Origin: a virus | IMG/VR virus record: IMGVR_UViG_3300006990_000020 | Location: 1-64,000 of that record | Length of the DNA stretch: 64,000 bases | Strand: one strand, 5' to 3' | The notes under the pieces: generated by a model | What the model saw: only the letters and a program-made list of their open reading frames with translations | Told to the model about the DNA's origin: nothing | Databases searched by the model: none | Position numbers and translations under genes: made by a program | In this document: one piece after another, positions 21,101-30,600 of the stretch | How the letters are laid out: every line of letters begins with the position of its first letter | Numbering within the stretch: position 1 is the first letter of the stretch

Positions 21101-23720
21101 TAGATTTTACCTTGTCAAATATAGATTGAAATATCTTATTGTCTGAACGTTTTTTTCTTATTAAATTAATAACGTTTGATATTTTTAAAGTTAAATGTGC
21201 AACATTATTTTTTTCACTAAAGACACTTAAAACATTATCAGTTGTGTTTCTTTTGTTCAAAAATCTTTCGTCAGCATCCTTTATTGATTTTATTTTGATA
21301 TCATTTAAACCTAAGTCTTTTATTTTTTTATTACTGTAGTTAGACAAAATGACATCTTTAATTTCTTTTGAATTTAAAAAGCTGTTGCTTGTACTAAAAA
21401 CAAAACAGTCGTTTTTTATTTTTTCAATATCACTTTCATATATGTTACCTCTGTCTTTTAAAGACGTATTAAACAAAGAAGAAATATTGTCAACATCATC
21501 ATCACTATCTCGAATATTTTGTAATTTTGTGGCGAAGTCGCTAAAAGTTGTTATGCTTATGTTGTCTTTTGTTCTTATAACATAGTCATCCAAATAGCTT
21601 TCAAAAGATGTTGACGAACTAGTGCTTGTAATTTTTACTGTGTTATTTAAAGTATTTTCTCCTCCATTTATAAATTTAGAGTATTTTACTTTTAAAAAAT
21701 CAAGAAAAGAATCCACAGCGTTTATATAAGATAACCCAAAACTGCTATTATTTAATAATGACCCAACATCATTACCACCAGTGTTAACATCTTCAGAAAA
21801 GTTATAAGGACCGCTAAACAGACTTTCTTTTATTTTATCCTTAATTTCACTTTCACTGTCAATACTGCTCCGATTATTATGTGATGATAAGTCTGCTATC
21901 GATCTATTAGTCAGTGTAACATCATTTCCTTCCTCTAGTCTTTCAATAGAATTAGGTGATGTGTTTTTTGTAAAATATCTCGTAGGTAGCTTTAAAAAAC
22001 AAGGTAATAAATACGCATTACTAGAATTATATTTAGTATCGACGTCCAAATATATTTTCTCAAATAAAAACTCATTGCTGCTAAAGCTCTGATCTCCTGT
22101 CACTCTATTTGGATCTTTATCTACTGCTTTAATAGAAAATATATTATTGTCTATTTCATTTTGATTGGAACGATTAACACTTTTTTTACCAGCCAAGCTT
22201 TTTCTGTTTTTATAACTTGTCCCTCTTGTATTAGTATCTTCGCCTTCGTTATATTTTTCACCAGTATCAATAATATCACTTCCAGAAAAAAACAAAAGAG
22301 AGTTAATAACAGTTAAAGGCTCATAGTTTTCGTTTACTAACGTCTCATCAATATTTTTCAATACTTTGTCAATATTTAAAGTATTGCCTGTAACTGCTAA
22401 AAACTCTAGTTTTTTATTGCTAAATATCCTAGAGTTAATATTTAAATCTTTAAACTGTATTATTGGGTACTTGTTAAAAGCATCACCATTTATTTTTTTT
22501 CTTATACTTGAACTGTAATAATTTAAGTTTAACACATCATCAGAATTTGGGTAAATGCTGTTTTGACCAACAGCATAATTTACCATAAATTGTCCTACAA
22601 GTCTATCAGTATTAACAATTTTAAAGTTTGACACACTATTACTAAATCTAACGTCTTTTTCTTTGTAGTCAAATCCTGAGATATTTTTGTAGAATATTTC
22701 TAAATTTTCCTTGCTTAATATAGACTTTGAAGACTTATGCTGTAAGTCTAAAAGTACTTCGTCATCTCCTCCAGTTAGTTTTTTGTAGTTGTTACTATTT
22801 AAAAGTATTTGATTTGATATTTTTCCAATAAAATCACTTTTTCCTTCTTTTATGAAGTTTTCAATTATATTTCCGTAATTAATTTCGTTTTCTAGTCTAT
22901 TACTTAATTTTGAAGTTTTATTGATTTTATTTACAAGTCTTATCGATTTATTGTAACTTTCTTGAATTAATTCGTTATGTTTGAAGTCGTCAACGTATAA
23001 AAACAGTCTGTCAGAATGTGACTCTTTAATTTCTATTTCACTGTTTTTCAAATTAAGTAGTGTTGAGTTTTCTTGACTTCTAAAGTCCAAGAAAAGCAAA
23101 TTTGTATCAAATTCCCCAGATGACAGTTTGTTTATCTTGAATATTTCATGCGAAAGAACTTTGATATTTGTATTTTGCATGCTCTTTCTTGATCTTTCGA
23201 TCAACTTTCCTAAACTAGTAAAAGAAAACTCATCAATACTGAAGTCACCTTCAACAAAATCCCCTTCAGTAAAATCTAACAAAAAAGTATCATCTGGCAA
23301 TAAATCCACAACCTCAACGAGTTGACTTATTCTTGTATCATCAATGCTGTCTTGACTCGTTGAGGTTATTCTATTTCCCGAAAAAGATGACGTTAGTCTA
23401 TCAACCACAGTGTTAGGATTTTGTATTTCATTTGTTTGTTGATTGTCAACATTACTCACAGCGTTTTCTAAGTCACTAAAGTCTTCTATTTCTAAACTTG
23501 ATTTTGTGAATGTTCTTAATACTCGATTTTGCTGACTCAGTATTTTAGACTCTAAGTTTTTTTTAAAAATAATAGGGTCTAGTTTAATTTGATACTCTTT
23601 TTCTTTTTGACTGTTAAGATCATTAATAGGACTATCATTAACAGACTTAAGTCCTGAGCTTTTACCAGAAGAACGAACTAATATACTTGAAGACCCTGTG
23701 CTTTGTTTGATTACTGGCAT
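18090..23720 (-). CDS. Very large hypothetical protein (1876 aa), probably virion-associated
   Basis: Uninterrupted N/S/K/I-rich ORF in the baseplate block with AAGGA SD; no recognised domain. Confidence 0.7.
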   Translation of the reverse strand: MPVIKQSTGSSSILVRSSGKSSGLKSVNDSPINDLNSQKEKEYQIKLDPIIFKKNLESKILSQQNRVLRTFTKSSLEIEDFSDLENAVSNVDNQQTNEIQNPNTVVDRLTSSFSGNRITSTSQDSIDDTRISQLVEVVDLLPDDTFLLDFTEGDFVEGDFSIDEFSFTSLGKLIERSRKSMQNTNIKVLSHEIFKINKLSSGEFDTNLLFLDFRSQENSTLLNLKNSEIEIKESHSDRLFLYVDDFKHNELIQESYNKSIRLVNKINKTSKLSNRLENEINYGNIIENFIKEGKSDFIGKISNQILLNSNNYKKLTGGDDEVLLDLQHKSSKSILSKENLEIFYKNISGFDYKEKDVRFSNSVSNFKIVNTDRLVGQFMVNYAVGQNSIYPNSDDVLNLNYYSSSIRKKINGDAFNKYPIIQFKDLNINSRIFSNKKLEFLAVTGNTLNIDKVLKNIDETLVNENYEPLTVINSLLFFSGSDIIDTGEKYNEGEDTNTRGTSYKNRKSLAGKKSVNRSNQNEIDNNIFSIKAVDKDPNRVTGDQSFSSNEFLFEKIYLDVDTKYNSSNAYLLPCFLKLPTRYFTKNTSPNSIERLEEGNDVTLTNRSIADLSSHNNRSSIDSESEIKDKIKESLFSGPYNFSEDVNTGGNDVGSLLNNSSFGLSYINAVDSFLDFLKVKYSKFINGGENTLNNTVKITSTSSSTSFESYLDDYVIRTKDNISITTFSDFATKLQNIRDSDDDVDNISSLFNTSLKDRGNIYESDIEKIKNDCFVFSTSNSFLNSKEIKDVILSNYSNKKIKDLGLNDIKIKSIKDADERFLNKRNTTDNVLSVFSEKNNVAHLTLKISNVINLIRKKRSDNKIFQSIFDKVKSKIVQQDNFTLLYDTFKENCIDTFEESPFITSKGFYKNNFVEEFNSENKNTTKLVIDKDNDIEDNKLFTSKEFRKYLSKIYTKSFVRSKSTLLNRILSDNIDMFELESDYPRSFSNISNYFGFDVLLAKSLSGINRNNANEVKDVCKIILANSIIKSCGIDSQIKSVYKLPSSRFGGKSSSKTLNKDISDDLRKIFGEEIINNFVNVIFNKENIYSMNNKIIRSVHTNSMNNIKSFNLTSVDAINGLSLDYVDGNMCELVFPGHYVVKEFGKKEDAIKSVSGSAIRKSSTINDNFFSSQANINNKKRELRENLYQASSNMSYNYDVFINEEETGTVFYEKSEEDSSYSKKGFNFAKDEINKGIDLKITYNLFKRVLKSDIRGLNNDGLGKLVVPYRNSFVYIPMSYFYLSTKRNTFSRKITDICTDLLSVFDIKYDNINNVEEVFKFIDNNTYLTRITQDILEVFSIIYLQSFESYNTYTEEKIRLESINKDMSIDEFRFFVKDYNILNSSIENRSFVVSDIKSILSQNSEQLENPEYQTSDIILQNSPAVINRDVIHTKRFFELQVVNKILQNSDISESLCLDIIHGYFANLESNKILEIENKKELEKNIEEISKTINSIQGISSINIQDHIFDEFYQNKLSKDIQEIMFYKNIFNETFIRNNLYNSNRQKYENENMFNHRKLFYNNSYNRGLQSLNLIGNYSSSEVNSLLDILKIPIDFKIANKIGTRGFLKINIQPVNLKYPEIEYKSISKYYTPMLTGLTSNFMSSLSSNFFDFCGIYNDTQKISERYNVVSKDIAISEVKNLLSDIFSLAAEEGRVVLNANTSLLSSSVYDDNIISSAISHLDFITQSPLNENIKLNGEKLDNLINKETISLLNSVDIESLKNAIGKIDENILSDDFVENDKEYTQTLGNSKVLKNNEFYHKFIKDLDRDMSQQDLILAMIPNNIYDVFNIVVNRDLISIDTGSSSNEIIDMGLGSFNSPVGSLNKSLCISYYISFEVL

Positions 23721-23805
23721 TTGTTTTTACAACTTTCCTTATAGATTATTAAGTCTCTTTGAAAGTAATCGCAGACTTAAAACTGATTATTCATAAACTA
23801 TAATG

Positions 23806-23814
23806 CTAAGTATT
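23806..23814 (-). promoter_or_regulatory. AATACTTAG candidate late-promoter motif
   Basis: One of 8 oriented intergenic AATA[ACT]TTAG copies; upstream of the 1876 aa gene. Confidence 0.5.
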
Positions 23815-23834
23815 ATTATAACCAAGCATTCCTA

Positions 23835-26267
23835 TTATAGTAAATCTTCTTTTGTAATTGATATCTCTTGCAAAATTTTTCCTTGACTATTAGAAAGATT
23901 AGTTATACCAAAAACTTTTCTAACAAAATCTTCTCTGTTTGAATTGAAAGTCTTTTTATATCCTAGATTGAAAACGTCTGTTAGCTCAGAAGTGCTATAG
24001 TTAGGATTTAAATTAGAAATTATTTCTACTATCTTACTTTTACTTTCATTTATCTCTTCCGAACTCTTGTTCTTTGGAGAGCCTAGACACTTTGTAACTT
24101 TTTGACTAAGTAATATAGGTTCTAATGTTGTTCGAAAACTACAATTAAAATCTCTAGATAAACCATTAAAGTTTCTTTCTTTTACAAACAATAAGTCTCT
24201 TTTGATTGTAGCTTCTACATCAAGAATATTTAAATTTACCAGATTAGCAGTTTTGCTTTGATTTTTTATGTTATAATCTGTCTTCGAATCAGTACTTATA
24301 GAAGGTATGTCACTTAAAAAACAATAATGTTGTATGCTGAAAAGCGTCATGTTATTGTTAACAGATAAGGTTTTTTCTATTTTTACAAGTATAGATCCTA
24401 AAACTTCTCTCCTACTATCGACAGAGCTCAAAGGATTAACAAGCGTATTTAAAATCATATCAGGAAAAAAGTCTAATTTTTGAATACTTGGCAAGTTATC
24501 ATTAATAAAATCCTTCAACATGAACTCAAATGTCTGATCAATTGATTCTCCACTAATTAAAGTTAAAAGATCGTCCACGTTTGTCGTGTTTTTTTGTGAA
24601 ACTATTTGAATTTTTTCTTTCATCTTATTTTCTAAAAATCTAAACGAACTTATACTCTGCCTAAATTCACTTGTAATAATTTCCCCTTCTGCTTTGAAAG
24701 GCCCAACCCTTATCACGTTTGGACTTGCACTTGTTGAAGGCTGGAGAGTGTTATAAAAATTAACAAAAACTTCTTTAATATTATCTAGATTAAAATACAA
24801 ATTAATATTATTACTATCATTATAACTTTCTATTTTATTGTTAGAATTAATTAGAACTGAGTTTTCTTCTGAGAGGCTTTTGTCAAAATAAAACTCTTCA
24901 ACAGACACATTTCTTTGTCCAGTAGTTTCTGTATCGTCATAAACGACGAAGTCGAAGCTTATTGCGTTTTTAAAAACTTTTTGTTTTTTATGCAAAGAAT
25001 TGTTAAAAGACAAAGTTAATTTGTTTAAGAAACTACTCTCATTATTGTTGTCTTTTAATATGCTTAAAACAAAAACTTTCTTGTCTTTGATGTCATTACT
25101 AAAATTGAATCTTTGAATATCTTCAAATGCTTGAGTTAAATTTTCTTTACTAAAGCTTTCTTCTTTTATTAACGTCATGTCTTCAATTTTAATACTATTA
25201 AACAACGTACTTGATGCACTAAGCACTACTTTGTAATACACTTTTATTTTGCTCAAGTTTTCATTAATTGATCTGTTGTATAACTTTGTTATTACGTCTT
25301 TGTAGTCTTGATTTTTTAAGCAATTAAGTTTAAAATTTCTTTTTAATATGCTTATAAGTGATATATCTTCTTCTAGAAAATCTGATATTCTTGATGTGTC
25401 AACAGAAATTAATTTCAATTCTGACGGCCTAGGGGTGTCTAAATTGTCTACTAAATAAAAGCTCAAATTTACTAGCAAACCTCCAGATTCTTCGCTATTG
25501 ACAATTTCTTGAATAGCTTGTTCGTTAACCATAATCTCAGTACCGGTATCTTCTACAAATACTATATTTTCATTGCTAGACGAACTACTAAAACTAAACT
25601 TACTAAGTCTTAATCTAAAACCATCTAAGACTTCGTTAAGTCGACTAGATAAAACATTTAATTTTATTTTTTGACTTAACTCAGACTCACTTTCAATGTA
25701 ATTTTGAATATTACGTGATCTAGTCTCAATATTGTCTACAACTTCGTTTTTTTCGTTTAACGCATATACTCTAATGAAAAAGTCATTAAATTCTTCTTTA
25801 ATGTTTGTTATTTGATCTGTACCAGGCTTAAATTTACCGCTTGTTATTATAGTTGCGTCAACAATATCTTGTAAATCAGTAGAAGTGACAACTTCAAACA
25901 TATCCACGTCAGCGGCAGGAATATTAACATTAAAAATATTTCCTTTAAAACTAACTTGATCTTTTGAATTAACGATATTTTTTGCGTAAATACTTTTATA
26001 AATATTGCTATTTTTTTCATCTACAACATCATTGATTTTGTAAGACTTTTTGTTGTCTGAATTGTTCTTTATATGATAAGGTTTTTTAACTGTGTTTGTA
26101 AAAGAAACAGGTGTAAAAGTAACCAGTATTTTTTTTACATTAAAAAAACTAGAGCTATTTTTCGACATCTCTATTGGTATATAAAACTTACCATCCGCTG
26201 ATGCAGAAAATGAGCTGTTTAATTTTATTTTTTTTAAAACCTGACCTGTTTTTGACTTTGCTAGCAT
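23835..26267 (-). CDS. Hypothetical protein (810 aa)
   Basis: Long ORF in the baseplate block; no recognised motif. Confidence 0.7.
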   Translation of the reverse strand: MLAKSKTGQVLKKIKLNSSFSASADGKFYIPIEMSKNSSSFFNVKKILVTFTPVSFTNTVKKPYHIKNNSDNKKSYKINDVVDEKNSNIYKSIYAKNIVNSKDQVSFKGNIFNVNIPAADVDMFEVVTSTDLQDIVDATIITSGKFKPGTDQITNIKEEFNDFFIRVYALNEKNEVVDNIETRSRNIQNYIESESELSQKIKLNVLSSRLNEVLDGFRLRLSKFSFSSSSSNENIVFVEDTGTEIMVNEQAIQEIVNSEESGGLLVNLSFYLVDNLDTPRPSELKLISVDTSRISDFLEEDISLISILKRNFKLNCLKNQDYKDVITKLYNRSINENLSKIKVYYKVVLSASSTLFNSIKIEDMTLIKEESFSKENLTQAFEDIQRFNFSNDIKDKKVFVLSILKDNNNESSFLNKLTLSFNNSLHKKQKVFKNAISFDFVVYDDTETTGQRNVSVEEFYFDKSLSEENSVLINSNNKIESYNDSNNINLYFNLDNIKEVFVNFYNTLQPSTSASPNVIRVGPFKAEGEIITSEFRQSISSFRFLENKMKEKIQIVSQKNTTNVDDLLTLISGESIDQTFEFMLKDFINDNLPSIQKLDFFPDMILNTLVNPLSSVDSRREVLGSILVKIEKTLSVNNNMTLFSIQHYCFLSDIPSISTDSKTDYNIKNQSKTANLVNLNILDVEATIKRDLLFVKERNFNGLSRDFNCSFRTTLEPILLSQKVTKCLGSPKNKSSEEINESKSKIVEIISNLNPNYSTSELTDVFNLGYKKTFNSNREDFVRKVFGITNLSNSQGKILQEISITKEDLL

Positions 26268-26270
26268 TGA

Positions 26271-27278
26271 CTACTCTACTACAACTGTAAACATATTTAC
26301 AAATTTATAATTAACTATACTTTTTCTTCCGCCTGTCCTGTTTTCAATATTAAACTTTTCTTCAATATTTTTATCGACAATAAACTTGCCTACAAGAAAA
26401 ACGTTAATAAATCGATTTCTATTTTTATCAAAAACTTTTCCTAGATTAATAAACGGAAGTTTTCTTAGACTGCCAGAAACAACTTCATGCATTTCAAAGT
26501 GAAAAACATCATCAGACTTCAACGTAGAAGAATCTAGTTTATATCTTAAATAGTGAAACTTTGTCGAACTTTCTTTTTCGAGTATTGAAATTGTTTTTGA
26601 AATTACTTCTGATCTAGAATCTGTTTCTAATATTTTATTTTTGATGTCGAATGTCTTGAATATTGAAGTTTTATTACCTTCTAAATCAATACTATTTTCG
26701 ATTAAAGGTAATCCGTCTTGATTGATCGGCATCATTTTTTTAAACTTTAATATTTCATTAAATCTCTTGTCATCTTTAATTTCTGCTATGTTTTCTATGT
26801 TTTCATTTAAAACTTTAACTGTTGGATACTTTCTAGAAATAATGCTGTCATAAAAATCAAAGTTAGTGCTTATTGTTATTTCATCAAATATAAAACTAGT
26901 TTCGAAAATACCTTTTGAGTTTGTTAAAGTTTTGTTAATTAAAAACTTTCTAGATGCAAGATTTTCGACTGTTAGATTTTGAGCCTGAGTCACAGAAAAA
27001 AAACTATTAACTGGATTATCATATGTGAGCTTGCTTGACAAAAAATACTCAGGATTGGTTTGAAGTCCTGGATCAGTAGTAGTCTCAAAAGGAAGATAAT
27101 AAATCTCAGAATCAGATACTCTTTGACCATCAACAGCAGTCTTGCTCTGGTACACAATTGATCTATCAGAAAAAGTGTAATACTTAAACCTTATGTCCCC
27201 TGACGCTAGTTGATTTCTACCATTTTCAGTGAGTTTGTAGTCTAAAATCCTACTTTTTTTATTTAAAAAACCTGACAT
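26271..27278 (-). CDS. Baseplate-associated protein, paralog of the 247 aa protein N-terminus
   Basis: MSGFLNKKSRILDYKLTENGRNQLAS...FSDRSIVY aligns with MGFLNHATNNIIIDAVLTDKGRELLS...LGDDEVDY. Confidence 0.6.
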   Translation of the reverse strand: MSGFLNKKSRILDYKLTENGRNQLASGDIRFKYYTFSDRSIVYQSKTAVDGQRVSDSEIYYLPFETTTDPGLQTNPEYFLSSKLTYDNPVNSFFSVTQAQNLTVENLASRKFLINKTLTNSKGIFETSFIFDEITISTNFDFYDSIISRKYPTVKVLNENIENIAEIKDDKRFNEILKFKKMMPINQDGLPLIENSIDLEGNKTSIFKTFDIKNKILETDSRSEVISKTISILEKESSTKFHYLRYKLDSSTLKSDDVFHFEMHEVVSGSLRKLPFINLGKVFDKNRNRFINVFLVGKFIVDKNIEEKFNIENRTGGRKSIVNYKFVNMFTVVVE

Positions 27279-27310
27279 TTATCTTCCTTTACTTTTCTTA
27301 AACAACGATG

Positions 27311-27319
27311 CTAATTATT
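27311..27319 (-). promoter_or_regulatory. AATAATTAG candidate late-promoter motif
   Basis: Overlaps the stop of the 740 aa gene; upstream of the 335 aa gene. Confidence 0.45.
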
Positions 27320-29537
27320 CGACAAAAGGATTTGGGTAGTCAATTGTTGAGTTTCGTGTCGGATTTTGAGTAATTGTAGAAGTCTTTTTAGTCAAGAAGT
27401 TAGTCATAAATAGTTTTTTGACTAAAAAGACTTTATTTTTGTCTTTCCTGTAAGCTGATGATTTAAAATAATAAAGTTTGTCTTTTGGTTGACCAAACTT
27501 TAAATAGCTTAGATAGCTGCTGTTGTAAAAAACAGCACCACCAACTGAAGATGGGTCGTTGTCTACAAGTTTTTCGTTGCTATTTTTAACTTTCAAATAA
27601 TTGTTGAAAGATTTGCTATTAGAGTTAAAAAGTGAGCCAGAGTCAATATTAGGTATACTTAAAGCACCACCAATAGGCAGCGGTAAAGACACATATACAT
27701 TTGCATCATAATATGCACCTTTATTAAGATAAATGTTACTCATACCAACACTGTCAACAATATTGTCTGTATTTCCTAGAACGTTAACAGTTCCTTTAAG
27801 ACTATAATTCTGTCTATTATTAGAAAAGTATTTTGAGTTTCTCATGTATCTACCTACTAGCTCGATAGATACTTTGTCATGTAATATTGAAATGTCTTTT
27901 CCTAATTTTGAAGTATTGAGATGACTTATATTTTTGTTTGTATCAAAAGAAAATCCTAAAATTAAGTTGTCGCTAGGATGTAAAACATATCCATTTTCTT
28001 TTTTGGACTCACTTCCAAACGACAAAGTAACATTATTATCATCTGTAGATGTCTTTAGGTTTTTTTGAGGCTCAAATACTGTGCTTAATGATCTTTCTGA
28101 CCTATAAATGCAACCCGACCTAGTCTCAAATTTAGAAGAAGGATATATCTGGAATTGACTAATTGTTTCTAATCTATCATTATATACAGGCATTGCCACA
28201 GTGCCATATGATTCAATACTTTTTCTAACAAAATCAATTTCAGCAAAATTAGAAGACAAAGAAGGCTGCTGTATTGTCTCGCTATAATAGTTTGCATCAC
28301 TTTTAATTTTTTGTTTATCTATTACACTATCAGTATTAATAGAGCTTGAGTAGTTAACAAAATTAGTGTAGGCAACTAATTCTCTTTGAGAAGACTGTTT
28401 TTCTGGATAAGTTATGCTTTCTTGATCTATAGATCCAGTAATTACTTGAGTTGATTCACTTACAGTACCTGTATTTGTCATTACTGTGTATGTATTATAT
28501 GTCGAAGGAGAAACACCACCAATTTCATGATTTATAAGTTTCGTGCTAATTTGACTTGTATTATAATACTCAATTGTCTTAGTGTTGTCTTCTAAGTTTT
28601 CAAATGATATTCCATTTAAGTTTGACCTTTGATTAATAACAAAAAAAGTAAGTGAATTTAGAATTGAAGAATTGTCTGTGGTAGTTGACTCTGCCTTTAA
28701 TGTATTGCATATATTAACTCTAATACCTTCTAAAACAAAGACGTCTGTTATGTGATGTTTGAGTGGAAAAAAGTGCCTTTTCATGCCTTGAAATCTTTTT
28801 TCGTAAGGAAATCCAAAAGTGTTGATTGGTGTTGCATTACTTGATTGCAAAATTTTATTCTGCTTATTTGATTCTAAGCTGTTAAAGGCAATCGGCGCTT
28901 TTAGAAATTCATCAATGTTTTCAAAATAGTTTTTATCAACATCTAGCACGTATTCCCAGTTTTTATCTTCAAAATTAAAAAACACAACGTTTCCGTTGTG
29001 AGTATTGTAGTTTTCACCTAATAATGAAACTTGACTAGGATCGCTAGATTTCTTATTGAAGGAGAGTCGACAGTCACTAGAAAACTCTAAGTCAATAGGA
29101 ATTACATGTGAAGACGTTGTTTCCTGATCTGTTCTTTTATTTTTATTATCAACAAAAGGAGTCGAGTATGTGTCTAGATCTTCATGATTTTCCAAGATAA
29201 AATTACTACAGATACCTCTTGTAACTAATTTACTGACTGTGTCTATAGTGTTAAATTCGTTAGGAGAATGCAGGACTTTGTTGTTTGACTTAAATCTGTC
29301 ATTTACACAAAAGACTGGATTAACATTGTCATATACAAAATTTATTGTATTATTGTCGTTATAAGGATTGATATTTACTTTTTTAGATACACTTGAAAAA
29401 TTGTAGTCTGGAAGCGTAAATCTATCATAAGACTTTTCTTTCTTTACTATGTTCTTTAAAGATCTAGTTAAGATACCCGACTTTTTCCTGTATGAACCGT
29501 TTGAAAATAAATTAGGCTTATTTCTTATTTTTGGCAT
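27315..29537 (-). CDS. Hypothetical protein (740 aa), baseplate block
   Basis: Long ORF tightly coupled to its neighbours; no recognised domain. Confidence 0.7.
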   Translation of the reverse strand: MPKIRNKPNLFSNGSYRKKSGILTRSLKNIVKKEKSYDRFTLPDYNFSSVSKKVNINPYNDNNTINFVYDNVNPVFCVNDRFKSNNKVLHSPNEFNTIDTVSKLVTRGICSNFILENHEDLDTYSTPFVDNKNKRTDQETTSSHVIPIDLEFSSDCRLSFNKKSSDPSQVSLLGENYNTHNGNVVFFNFEDKNWEYVLDVDKNYFENIDEFLKAPIAFNSLESNKQNKILQSSNATPINTFGFPYEKRFQGMKRHFFPLKHHITDVFVLEGIRVNICNTLKAESTTTDNSSILNSLTFFVINQRSNLNGISFENLEDNTKTIEYYNTSQISTKLINHEIGGVSPSTYNTYTVMTNTGTVSESTQVITGSIDQESITYPEKQSSQRELVAYTNFVNYSSSINTDSVIDKQKIKSDANYYSETIQQPSLSSNFAEIDFVRKSIESYGTVAMPVYNDRLETISQFQIYPSSKFETRSGCIYRSERSLSTVFEPQKNLKTSTDDNNVTLSFGSESKKENGYVLHPSDNLILGFSFDTNKNISHLNTSKLGKDISILHDKVSIELVGRYMRNSKYFSNNRQNYSLKGTVNVLGNTDNIVDSVGMSNIYLNKGAYYDANVYVSLPLPIGGALSIPNIDSGSLFNSNSKSFNNYLKVKNSNEKLVDNDPSSVGGAVFYNSSYLSYLKFGQPKDKLYYFKSSAYRKDKNKVFLVKKLFMTNFLTKKTSTITQNPTRNSTIDYPNPFVE

Positions 29538-29538
29538 A

Positions 29539-30591
29539 TCAATCTATACTTTCATAGTAAAATAAAGAATCATGTCCGTTATTAAGAGAGTAGTCAATTG
29601 ATCTTCCTCTAGCTGCATAAATTCTTTCTTCTTCTATTACATTATAATATTTTTTGTTCTGCATTAAAATGTCATTCATACTACCATCTGAAAGCTTGTC
29701 GTAAAATATATGAGGGTCATTCTTTATTTTTGGGTTGTTTTTTTGATTGTCGATGTCATTATACGGTTTTATTTTTTGTGATTCAAACTTAACAAATCTT
29801 GGTTCATTACTTATTTTTGTTGTATTTTTAAATTTTGCTACAACATTAGACGTAGTTTTTGTAATCGGGTTATAATCATAGTTGATACTCTCAAGAACAA
29901 CTTTTTTTGATCTATTGTACAAAATACCTGGCAATAAATTGTCTTCAAATGGAAAAGATTGTTTTTCTTCCTTAGTAAAATAATCTTGTATAGAAACATT
30001 TTCTTCTAAAGAGTTAGTACCATTTTTTGTTGCAAACCCTCTTAAACCTCTTATTTTGTCGACTCCTATACTAGTAAACTTAATATTGCTTAATATATTG
30101 AAATGATCAATATTATTTCCTCTTTTATGAATATTAGTCCTATTAAACTGTATTGGATATATAAATCGTTGAATGTCACTTTCGTCAAGTGATACAAAAT
30201 CAACCATATTCAGCCTAGGTCTATCCTGATATGCTACGCTATCAAGTTCAAGAAACAACTCGTTTTTACTAGCTTCACCATATCTTTTTCTATAAACCTC
30301 TTGAAAAGGCTTAAGTTGAACTTGTCCTTCTTTTTCTTCCTTGAAAGGTTTAATTTTATAGCTTTGATCTTCTCTTGTTACTTCTTTATATCTTTGATCA
30401 AGAATATTTTTCTGTATTCTTTCATTTTCTTCTCTAACGTCAAAGCCTATTTTAATCCTCTTATTTGTATCTTCCTTGAAACTTGATTTGCTTTTATTGA
30501 AGTGTCTTTCAATATTGCTATAGTTGACAATGTATCCAAAACCTTCTTTGAAAAGATGACTTTCAAAACCCTTAATATTAATTACTTTCAA
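29539..30591 (-). CDS. Hypothetical protein (350 aa)
   Basis: ORF tiling the gap between the 1192 aa and 740 aa genes. Confidence 0.65.
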   Translation of the reverse strand: MKVINIKGFESHLFKEGFGYIVNYSNIERHFNKSKSSFKEDTNKRIKIGFDVREENERIQKNILDQRYKEVTREDQSYKIKPFKEEKEGQVQLKPFQEVYRKRYGEASKNELFLELDSVAYQDRPRLNMVDFVSLDESDIQRFIYPIQFNRTNIHKRGNNIDHFNILSNIKFTSIGVDKIRGLRGFATKNGTNSLEENVSIQDYFTKEEKQSFPFEDNLLPGILYNRSKKVVLESINYDYNPITKTTSNVVAKFKNTTKISNEPRFVKFESQKIKPYNDIDNQKNNPKIKNDPHIFYDKLSDGSMNDILMQNKKYYNVIEEERIYAARGRSIDYSLNNGHDSLFYYESID

Positions 30592-30600
30592 TTTTAAACC

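Noticed and set aside
18090-23720. Tape measure protein
   Set aside because: Lacks Ala/Gly-rich helical periodicity and TM segments; no tube or sheath genes adjacent.
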